DNA from: Myxococcota bacterium
Lineage (GTDB): Bacteria > Myxococcota > JACRCW01
Length of the DNA: 37,629 bases
Direction: 5' to 3'
Assembly: GCA_040752415.1 (NCBI GenBank)
Contig: JBFMGU010000090.1
Location: 1-37,629 of the forward strand
A program made the position numbers and the translations under genes. The notes beneath the pieces are model-generated. The model did not search any database. It had not been told where the DNA came from and saw only the letters and a list, made by a program, of their open reading frames with translations. Below, in pieces: positions 9,026 through 16,952 of this stretch; within the stretch, counting starts at the first letter, position 1; each line of letters starts with the position of its first letter.

Positions 9026-11689
9026 ATGGACCACTACCGCCTCTTCATCGACGGGGAATTCGTTGACGCCCAGAGCGGCCAGCGCTTCGAGAGCCTGGAC
9101 CCGGGCACCGGAGCGCCCATTGCCACCGTGGCCGCCGCCGGAGAGGCCGAGGTGAACGCCGCGGTGGCCGCCGCCCGTCGCGCTTTCGACCACGGACCGT
9201 GGAGCCGCATGGAGCCCGGCGCGCGCGCCGAGATGATGATGGAGCTGGCCGACCTCATCCAGGCCAACATCACGCGGCTGGCCATGGTGGAGGCGTTGGA
9301 CAGCGGTGGCCTCCTGGCCCGCACCGCCGGCGACATCTTCCAGGGCGCGCGCTTCATGCGCACCATGGCCTCGTACGCCGCCACGCGCTTCCCGTGGCGC
9401 GAGGAGCTGCCCCCCGCGGGACCGTTCTTCCCCTCGCGCAACTACGTGCGGAGGGAGCCCATGGGCGTGTGCGTGGGCATCATCCCGTGGAACTTCCCGT
9501 TCCTCATGGCCATCTGGAAGATCTCCATGGCCGCGGTGATGGGCAACACCGTGGTGCTCAAGCCCTCCCCCGAGACGCCACTCAGCGCGCTGCTGCTCGC
9601 CGAGCTGATCCAGAAGAGCCGCGTCCCCAAGGGCGTGATCAACGTCGTGGTGGGACCGGACCGGCGCGTGGGTGAGCTGCTGGTGCGCCACCCCGACGTG
9701 GACCGCGTGGCATTCACCGGCAGCACCGCCGTGGGGCGCGAGATCCTCAAGGCCGGCGCGGACACCATCAAGCGCGTCAGCCTCGAGCTCGGCGGGAAGA
9801 GCGCCAACATCGTGCTGCCCGACGCGGACCTGGACATGGCGGTGGACGGCGCGCTGTTCGCCACGTTCCTCCACTCGGGACAGGTGTGTGAGTCGGGCAC
9901 GCGGCTCTTCCTCCCCGAATCCCTGCATGACTCCTTCCTGCACAAGCTCGTCGAGCGCGCGCGGGGGTTGCGCGTGGGTTACCAGATGGATCCCGGTACC
10001 CGCGTCGGTCCCGTCGTCAACGCGCGGCAGCGGGCCAGCATCGAGAAGCACATCGCGGCGGGACGCGCCGAGGGCGCCACGCTGGTGTGTGGTGGTGACC
10101 GCGTGGAGGTGTCGGGCTTCGAGAACGGTTTCTACCTGCAGCCCACCGTCTTCTCCGACGTGAAGAACAGCATGGGCATTGCGCGGGAGGAGATCTTCGG
10201 GCCCGTGCTGTGCGTGCTGCGCTACCGCGACGAGGACGAAGCGGTGGCCCTGGCCAATGACAGCAGCTACGGGCTCGCCGGCGGGGTGTGGAGTCGGAAC
10301 GTGGAGCACGCGCAGGCCGTTGCGGCGCGGCTGCGCACCGGGACCACCTGGATCAACGACTGGCACGTCTTCAACGACCTGGCGCCGTTTGGTGGCTACA
10401 AGCAGAGTGGCGTCGGGCGGGAGCTGGGGCACCACGGCCTGGCGGAATACACCGAGGTCAAGCACGTCCACGTGGGCACCGAGGGCGACCCGAACAACAA
10501 GATGGGCCACCGGCTGTTGCTGCGTCGGCCGCGCACCACCGCGTACGAGTACGAGCCCACCACGCGTATCATCTCCGGACCCGGCTGCGTGGCCCGCCTG
10601 CACAGCGAGGTGGCGGCGCTGGGGAAGCAGCGTGTCCTCGTCATCACCGACGGGGGCGTGGTGAAGGCGGGGCTGCTCACGCGGGTGCAGGAAGCGCTGG
10701 GCCCGGTGATTGCCGCGGTGTTCTCCGACGTGCCGCAGGACTCCGGCCTGGGCGTCATCGACGCGGCGGCGGCGCTGGGACGTCGTCACAACGTGGACTG
10801 CGTGCTGAGCCTGGGCGGCGGCAGCGTCATCGACACCGCGAAGGGCACGGCGGTGGCGCTGACCGCGGGCGTCCCGGCCATCCAGACCATTGGCATGCAC
10901 CACCTGAGCGGACCGCAGCTCACGCACGTCGTGGTGCCGACGACGTCAGGGACGGGGAGCGAGGTCACCAACGTGGCGGTGATCAAGAACGAGTCGCTGC
11001 GCATCAAGAGCTACATCATGGACCGGCACGTGATTCCCGACGTGGCGTTCCTGGACCCGCTGCTCACCGTGGGGCTGCCCGCGCGCATGACCGCGGCCAC
11101 CGGCATGGATGCGCTGACGCACGCCGTGGAGGCCTACACCTCCCGCACCGCCAACCCCATGAGCGACGCGCAGGCCATCCACGCCATCCGGCTCATCGCG
11201 CAGAACCTGGAGAAGGCGGTGAAGCAGCCGGACAACGTCGAGGCGCGCACCAACATGCAGAGCGCGGCCACGCTGGCGGGCTGGGCCATTGGCAGCGCCA
11301 ACGTGGGACTGGTGCACGGGATGAGTCACACCGTGGGTGCGCGCTACGGTGTGCCACACGGGATTGGCAACGGGATCCTGCTGCCTCACGTGATGCGCTA
11401 CAACGCGGGGCTGGCTCCCGCCGCGGCGCGCTTGAAGGACGTGGCGGATGCGCTGGGCGTGGACACGCGCGGCCTGGGCAACGACGAGGCGGCCAGCGCG
11501 GCGGCGGACAAGGTTCAGGCGTTGCTGCTGACGTGCAGCCACCCGGTGAAGTTGTCCGAGGTGGGCGTCCCGCGTGAGGAGCTCGAGGAGTGTGCCCGCG
11601 TGGCCTTCGTGGACCCGGCGAACACCACGAGCGCGCGTAAGGTGAACATGCCGCAGGAGATCGAGGAGCTGTACCTGGCGGCGTATTGA
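9026..11689 (+). CDS. Fused NAD(P)-dependent aldehyde dehydrogenase and iron-containing alcohol dehydrogenase (887 aa)
   Basis: ALDH motifs IIPWNFP, KPSPETP, FTGST, LELGGKS, GQVC, EEIFGP, PFGGYKQSG. Fe-ADH motifs GGGSVID, PTTSGTGSE, DALTHAVE, HGMSH, PHG. GAGGAG RBS before ATG 9026. Confidence 0.93.
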   Translation: MDHYRLFIDGEFVDAQSGQRFESLDPGTGAPIATVAAAGEAEVNAAVAAARRAFDHGPWSRMEPGARAEMMMELADLIQANITRLAMVEALDSGGLLARTAGDIFQGARFMRTMASYAATRFPWREELPPAGPFFPSRNYVRREPMGVCVGIIPWNFPFLMAIWKISMAAVMGNTVVLKPSPETPLSALLLAELIQKSRVPKGVINVVVGPDRRVGELLVRHPDVDRVAFTGSTAVGREILKAGADTIKRVSLELGGKSANIVLPDADLDMAVDGALFATFLHSGQVCESGTRLFLPESLHDSFLHKLVERARGLRVGYQMDPGTRVGPVVNARQRASIEKHIAAGRAEGATLVCGGDRVEVSGFENGFYLQPTVFSDVKNSMGIAREEIFGPVLCVLRYRDEDEAVALANDSSYGLAGGVWSRNVEHAQAVAARLRTGTTWINDWHVFNDLAPFGGYKQSGVGRELGHHGLAEYTEVKHVHVGTEGDPNNKMGHRLLLRRPRTTAYEYEPTTRIISGPGCVARLHSEVAALGKQRVLVITDGGVVKAGLLTRVQEALGPVIAAVFSDVPQDSGLGVIDAAAALGRRHNVDCVLSLGGGSVIDTAKGTAVALTAGVPAIQTIGMHHLSGPQLTHVVVPTTSGTGSEVTNVAVIKNESLRIKSYIMDRHVIPDVAFLDPLLTVGLPARMTAATGMDALTHAVEAYTSRTANPMSDAQAIHAIRLIAQNLEKAVKQPDNVEARTNMQSAATLAGWAIGSANVGLVHGMSHTVGARYGVPHGIGNGILLPHVMRYNAGLAPAAARLKDVADALGVDTRGLGNDEAASAAADKVQALLLTCSHPVKLSEVGVPREELEECARVAFVDPANTTSARKVNMPQEIEELYLAAY

Positions 11690-11724
11690 GCGGTAGGTGG
11701 GCAGATGCACCGGCGGGTGAGTGT

Positions 11725-11752
11725 TTGGCAGTCCCCGTGGTCGCGCTAGATT
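11725..11752 (+). promoter_or_regulatory. Putative sigma70 promoter for the UPF0158 gene
   Basis: TTGGCA-16 nt-TAGATT ending 8 nt before ATG 11761. No Shine-Dalgarno, so possibly a leaderless transcript. Confidence 0.35.
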
Positions 11753-11760
11753 CCATGGGT

Positions 11761-12549
11761 ATGAGCGCCACACCGCGTAGGCTCCCGGTCGACATGGACG
11801 AACTGATGGACGCGTTCGAGCGCGATCCGAATGAGCCCTTGAAGACACATCTGAACGTCGCGACCGGCGCGGTGCTGACGGTGAGCACCGACTGGGACGA
11901 CGAGGAGGGGTCACAAGGTCGCCAGATGGAGGAGCTCGAGAGCCATCCCGACCGGTTCGAGGAGGTGCCTCACCTCGAAGGCTACGAGGAATACCGGTGG
12001 ATGACGGAGTTTGCGGAGGGACTCCCCGATCGGGACGTCGCCGAGCAGCTGCTGGAGGCGTTGCAGGGCAAGGGCGCATTCAGCCGCTTCCGGTCGGCCC
12101 TGCGCGAATACCCGGACCTCAAGGACCAGTGGTTCAGCCACCGACGCGAACGGCTTCTCCAGGTCGTCGTCGAATGGCTCGAAACCCTGGGGATCGACCC
12201 GCAGTACACGCTCAAGTACGTACCCACCGCCGCGCCCGCGCCCCGGCCGGCCGCGCCGCCACGGATCACGTTGATGGACGCGCTGCTGTTGGGGGCGCCG
12301 GACGGCAAGACCGAGCTGATTGGCGGGCTGGTCCGACGCTACGTGCCCGCCAGGAACAAGCCGCGCGCGGTGTTCACGGGCCTGTGCCGGGACCTTTGTG
12401 ACCTGCACGGTCTGGGGTGGCGCAAGAGCTTCATCGCGGGGAAGACGCGCTACGCGGTCGAGGGCTACGAGATCATCGAGCACGCGGACCACGTCGAGAT
12501 CCTGGTCCGGGTCAGGCCGGAGATCTGGCGGGCGTTCCAGGGAGGTTGA
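11761..12549 (+). CDS. UPF0158 family protein with a C-terminal extension
   Basis: Pattern LPVDMDELMDAFE...HLNVATG...YRWMTEFAE...ALQGKGAFSRFRSAL...QWF...EWL. Start at ATG 11755 or 11761. Confidence 0.8.
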   Translation: MSATPRRLPVDMDELMDAFERDPNEPLKTHLNVATGAVLTVSTDWDDEEGSQGRQMEELESHPDRFEEVPHLEGYEEYRWMTEFAEGLPDRDVAEQLLEALQGKGAFSRFRSALREYPDLKDQWFSHRRERLLQVVVEWLETLGIDPQYTLKYVPTAAPAPRPAAPPRITLMDALLLGAPDGKTELIGGLVRRYVPARNKPRAVFTGLCRDLCDLHGLGWRKSFIAGKTRYAVEGYEIIEHADHVEILVRVRPEIWRAFQGG

Positions 12550-12588
12550 TGCCGCGGGAGCCCGCTGACGTCCACGGTTCCCGTGCTG

Positions 12589-14514
12589 TCAGGGCAGCGG
12601 CTCATCCACGTTGATCGCGCGCGCAACCTTCAGCGCGTCGGCGGCGTCCACGTCTTCCAGCAGGATGTACCGCCGTGCGCTCGCCGCCGCGCGGGTCACC
12701 GTGCGGTCATTGAACAGCACCTTCCCCACGCCGTCGCCCGTTCGTGACAACGTTGCCGCCAGCCGGCCGCTGGCCATGTCCTGGATGATCCACCGTCGAT
12801 CTCCCACGCTCATCAAGCCCATGGGCAGCGGGATGCCAATGGTGTCGAACACGTAGTCATCCAGGTTCACCGTACGCAGCTCATTCTCCAGCGCCTGCAC
12901 CAGTTGGAACGTGTTCCCCTGCAGCGTCACGTGCACATCCAGCTCGCGCTCGGCGGTGGCCTCCGTCGTCGGATCCAGCTGCGGCTCGAAGCTCGACAGC
13001 TTCTCCGCGCGCAACACCAGCTCATACGCACGACCACCCCGGCCATGGATGCTGCATTTCCGCAGCTCCTGCTGCACCGCGCGCGCGGGCACCACCACCG
13101 TGATCCCCAGGTCCGCCAACGTCTTGTCCGACGAGCTTTCACACGTCAGCGGGCTCGGCGCCTCGCTCACCTTGTTGGCACTGCACGCCAGGATGGTCTC
13201 CGCAAGCCCGGCGGCGCGGGATGCGTGGTCCAGGCTGTAGCCCACCTCGTTGATGAACGGATTCCATCCCGTGGAGTCGCTCACCTGCGCAAGGAGCAGC
13301 TCACGCCAGGCGGCGGTGACGGCGGGAGTGACGCCGGCGCTGCGCTCCGCCCGTTCCACCAGCTTGCGCGCGGACCAGATGCTGGAGAGCACGCCGCTGT
13401 CGTTCTCCTGCGCGCGCCACAATCCCGCCATCCCCATCCACCGCCCCACGTTCAACGTGTCCTTCGGCTGCCAGGTCCCGTCGAGGATGGGCGGGAGCGG
13501 ACGCGGGGTGATGCCGCGCGCCACCATGGCCTCCGCGGCTTCGGCCACCGTGGCAAACACGTATCCCTGCTGCTCCATCTGCAACAGCAGGTTCACGTGC
13601 TCGTTGATCTTCGCCGGATCGACGACGTAGTCGTGACCGAAATACGGGTTGAGCCCGCTCTCGGTGAACGCAATCTCTCCGTCATCCATGAACAGCCAAC
13701 GCAGCTCGAAGCCCTGGTCCGGCGCGGTCCAGCTCTGACCGCCCAGGATGACGGGATGGCCGGGCTGCTCGGTGTCCTCGTAGAGCACCGCCTCGTTCAT
13801 GGCCGCCTCGCCCACCTGGTACTTGAAGAGGTTCTTGGGAAGGATGCTCACCGCGTAGCCGCGCTCCTGCGCCAACGGAATCTGCCCCCGACAGAACTGT
13901 CCCTCCTGCGTGAAGATGGCGCGCCCCACCGGGATGCATGTGCGCTCGAAGATCTGCCGCGTCAGCTCCAGGCTCACCTCCTGGTCCTTGCGACCGTAGG
14001 CCACGTAGAGCTGGTCGGAATAATGGAAGCTGTCGACGTCAATCTGCCCGCGCAATGCCAGCGTGCGCAGCTTGTCCAGCACGTCCGGGTGCCGCAGCGC
14101 CATCACCTCCAGGAAATACGCCTGCAGCTCGATGTCCGCGCGGAACGTCTCGTGCGCCAGGAACATGTCCAGCACCGGCTCCAGGCCCTGCCGCACAATG
14201 CGATCCTCGGTCTCCACCTCGTTGAGGCGGTAGCGCTCGGTGTCGTCGAGGAATCCGGCCAGGCCGCCGGCCACGTACTGGATGTTGAAGTGGTAGACCG
14301 CCACGGCCAGCTTGGATTCCGCGCTGAGGTCGCGCGGCGTGGGCGCCTGGCAGTCGCTGACGGTGGCGGGCGGCAGGTCATCCACCGACCACACCTCGTC
14401 GAGCACGGAGCAGTCCACCGGCGTGGTGGTGGGCGGCGTGGTGGTGCCGCTGGTGGAGGGACAGGCCAGCAGGGGAACCAGCAACAGGGCGTGGGCGTGA
14501 CGTGGGCTGCGCAT
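12589..14514 (-). CDS. Glycoside hydrolase family 57-like lipoprotein (641 aa)
   Basis: Lipobox LVPLLAC. GH57-like regions YHFNIQY, HPDVLDKLRTLALRGQIDV, IFTQEG (candidate nucleophile Glu), FMDDGE (candidate acid/base Asp) and LLAQVSDSTGW. Starts 2 nt after the upstream stop. Confidence 0.7.
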   Translation of the reverse strand: MRSPRHAHALLLVPLLACPSTSGTTTPPTTTPVDCSVLDEVWSVDDLPPATVSDCQAPTPRDLSAESKLAVAVYHFNIQYVAGGLAGFLDDTERYRLNEVETEDRIVRQGLEPVLDMFLAHETFRADIELQAYFLEVMALRHPDVLDKLRTLALRGQIDVDSFHYSDQLYVAYGRKDQEVSLELTRQIFERTCIPVGRAIFTQEGQFCRGQIPLAQERGYAVSILPKNLFKYQVGEAAMNEAVLYEDTEQPGHPVILGGQSWTAPDQGFELRWLFMDDGEIAFTESGLNPYFGHDYVVDPAKINEHVNLLLQMEQQGYVFATVAEAAEAMVARGITPRPLPPILDGTWQPKDTLNVGRWMGMAGLWRAQENDSGVLSSIWSARKLVERAERSAGVTPAVTAAWRELLLAQVSDSTGWNPFINEVGYSLDHASRAAGLAETILACSANKVSEAPSPLTCESSSDKTLADLGITVVVPARAVQQELRKCSIHGRGGRAYELVLRAEKLSSFEPQLDPTTEATAERELDVHVTLQGNTFQLVQALENELRTVNLDDYVFDTIGIPLPMGLMSVGDRRWIIQDMASGRLAATLSRTGDGVGKVLFNDRTVTRAAASARRYILLEDVDAADALKVARAINVDEPLP

Positions 14515-14516
14515 GG

Positions 14517-15740
14517 TCAATCCCGGGTGCGGACGGTCCGACGCAACTGTTCCAACGTGAATCCCGTGGCCTGGATGTCTCCGTCGGAGAGGATGCCATC
14601 CCGCAGCGCGGACTCCACCTGCCACCACTCCATTCCCACCACCGCCTTGTCGGCGAGACGTTGCCCGTCGAGCTCCGCGCCGCTTCCACGGATGGCGGCG
14701 GCGGCATAGGCGGCCACCATCTTGAGCGCGCTGCGCGCCTCGTCGGCGGAAGGGGTCCACGCGCCCTGGATCGGCTCGATCTGGTCGGGGTGCAGGATCC
14801 ACTTGGCAGCAAACCCGCACCGTCGCGCATCCAGCGCATCCCGACGCGCCATCTCCACCGCTGCCTGGTGCTTGCGCACCCCCTCGACGAACGCGGCGCC
14901 ATACCGCTTCACATCCAGCTCCTCGCGACGACGCCTCAGCGCGCTGAGCGCCTCCTCCTCGCTGATGCCGTCGGGGGTCTTGGGGCGGACGGGCAGGATG
15001 GCGGTGATGGCGTCCACCGCGTCCTTTCCGTGCGCGGCGGCCAGGATGGGCAGCGACTGCCGGATGGTGCGCTGGTCGTCGAGCCAGGTGGCCGTCTCCA
15101 CGCGTCCACCGAGGGTACGCGCGAAGTCATAGGAGCCCAGCACCAGCGCGGCCACCTCGGGGATGGCGGCAATGCGTTCCGCGTCCAGGAATCCCCGCGG
15201 GCTCTCAATCAGCACCTCCACGACGACACGGTTGGCATGCCCGGCCAGCCGCAGGATGTCCTTCATGGCCTGCACGGCGTCCTTCACCTCGTCCACCGTC
15301 TCGCTCTTGGGGAGCACCAAGGCGTGGAGGCGATTGCCCGCGGCGGTGAGGACATCCACCATGTCGTCTTCAAAGTAGGCGGTGCGGATGTTGTTGGGGC
15401 GGAAACCCACCACGCGCTTGCCAAAGGAGTCCGTCGTGGTGAGCGCTTCCACCACGAACTTGCGGGCCCAGGGCTTCCACTCCTCGTGGTCGGGCGCGGC
15501 GTCCTCGAGGTCGAAGAAGAAGAAATCCACCGGCATGGTGGCGGCCTTCTTCATGATGCGCAGGGACTGCTCGCGTCCGTCGGTGGCGGGGTTGCCGCCG
15601 GCCTTCATCTTGAAACCGGGAATGCTCATCTCCCCGCGACGCCAGTACGGCACGTTGAGGCCACGGACCATCTCCGGTGTGGCGCGGTGGCGCGATTGCG
15701 CGGTGCGGATGAAGGAACGGACGGAGCTGACGTCGACCAT
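14517..15740 (-). CDS. CitE / malyl-CoA lyase (HpcH/HpaI aldolase) family CoA-ester lyase
   Basis: Motifs FFDLEDA, LVLPKSE, VLIESPRG, LVLGSYDF and GFAAKWILHPDQI. Confidence 0.88.
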   Translation of the reverse strand: MVDVSSVRSFIRTAQSRHRATPEMVRGLNVPYWRRGEMSIPGFKMKAGGNPATDGREQSLRIMKKAATMPVDFFFFDLEDAAPDHEEWKPWARKFVVEALTTTDSFGKRVVGFRPNNIRTAYFEDDMVDVLTAAGNRLHALVLPKSETVDEVKDAVQAMKDILRLAGHANRVVVEVLIESPRGFLDAERIAAIPEVAALVLGSYDFARTLGGRVETATWLDDQRTIRQSLPILAAAHGKDAVDAITAILPVRPKTPDGISEEEALSALRRRREELDVKRYGAAFVEGVRKHQAAVEMARRDALDARRCGFAAKWILHPDQIEPIQGAWTPSADEARSALKMVAAYAAAAIRGSGAELDGQRLADKAVVGMEWWQVESALRDGILSDGDIQATGFTLEQLRRTVRTRD

Positions 15741-15842
15741 GGGACCCCTCGCGCGGCTCGGCCTTGCCGCGACGGGAGGCTGTCTAGGCCGGGAGGGATG
15801 CCCATGACCAGGGACGGACGGATGCCGGACGGGCGCCCTGAC

Positions 15843-16898
15843 TCACAGCGCCAACATGTCCTCCACCTGGTTCAGCAACGCCACGCGACGCTGGATCACC
15901 GGGCTGGTTCCATCCAGCAGGCGCGCGGTCTCGTCGAGGACATCCTGCAGCTTGATGACCCGCACGCTGCTGTCCTCGGTCTTCTCCCCAAAGCCGCCGG
16001 GCACATCCCAGCCCAGCATGACGTCGTGGGCGCCGCGCTCCAGCGCCACCACCGCGCCGTAGGCCAGCCGCTGCGCAATCATGCGGTCCAGCGCGCTCGG
16101 GTCGCCGCCGCGCACCACGTGGCCCAGCACCGTCTCGCGGATCTCCACGCCGGGCGCGTCCTCGCTGAGGTGGTGCTGGAGCCGCTTGCACAGCGTGCTC
16201 GTCGGGATGCTCACCCCCTCACTCTTGACGATGAGCGCGCGCTTCTTGTGCTTGCCGCCAAAACAATTGCGCAACACGCCGCGCAGCTTCCCCACGATCT
16301 CGTCCTCCGAGAGGTTCCGCTCCCCGTACACGATGGCATCCGCCTCGGCGGCGATGCCGGCGCGCATGGCCAGGAAGCCGCAGCGTCGTCCCATCACCTC
16401 GACGAGGAACGCGCGACGGTGGGCCCGCGCCGTATCCGAGATGCGATCACACGCCTGCACAATGGTGTTCACCGCGGTGTCCACGCCAATGGCCAGCCCG
16501 CAGTGACCAATGTCGTTGTCGATGGAGGCCGGCAGTCCGACGATGAGACAGGGCTTGTCGCTGCCCAGCAGGTGCGCGCCGGTCAACGAGCCGTTGCCAC
16601 CCACGACGACGAGCGCATCCAGCTGGTGCGCCTTGAGCTGCTCGCGCGCCTTCTTCTGGCCTTCCGGCGTGGGGAACACCGCGGAGCGGGCGGAGCCCAG
16701 GATGGTGCCGCCCATGCGCGTGATGCCTTCAATGGCCGCCAGCTCCAGGGGCCGGATGTCACCTTCCAGCAGCCCCTCGTATCCGCGCTGCACGCCATGC
16801 ACCTCGTGCCCGCGCGCGCGCCCCGCCACCGCCACCGTGCGGACCGCCGCATTCATCCCCGGCGAATCACCGCCGCTCGTCAGAATCCCAATGCGCAT
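15843..16898 (-). CDS. pfkA: 6-phosphofructokinase (PfkA family)
   Basis: MRIGILTSGGDSPGMNAA, GGTILGSAR, GGNGS, SIDND, EVMGR, LGHVVRGG. AAGGAGG RBS upstream of ATG 16898. Confidence 0.95.
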   Translation of the reverse strand: MRIGILTSGGDSPGMNAAVRTVAVAGRARGHEVHGVQRGYEGLLEGDIRPLELAAIEGITRMGGTILGSARSAVFPTPEGQKKAREQLKAHQLDALVVVGGNGSLTGAHLLGSDKPCLIVGLPASIDNDIGHCGLAIGVDTAVNTIVQACDRISDTARAHRRAFLVEVMGRRCGFLAMRAGIAAEADAIVYGERNLSEDEIVGKLRGVLRNCFGGKHKKRALIVKSEGVSIPTSTLCKRLQHHLSEDAPGVEIRETVLGHVVRGGDPSALDRMIAQRLAYGAVVALERGAHDVMLGWDVPGGFGEKTEDSSVRVIKLQDVLDETARLLDGTSPVIQRRVALLNQVEDMLAL

Positions 16899-16952
16899 CC
16901 GGCGCCTCCTTCCCGTAGGCCGCCGTGACGCTACCAAGGGATCCGCGGGATA

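Noticed and set aside
999..9155. Long antisense ORFs 999..3041, 2533..4065 and 6129..9155 (likewise 8996..10927, 14502..16928, 25903..28200)
   Set aside because: Shadow frames of real GC-rich genes, with no motifs.
9026..11689. Gene symbol adhE
   Set aside because: The ALDH half carries non-acylating signatures, so orthology to AdhE is not supported.
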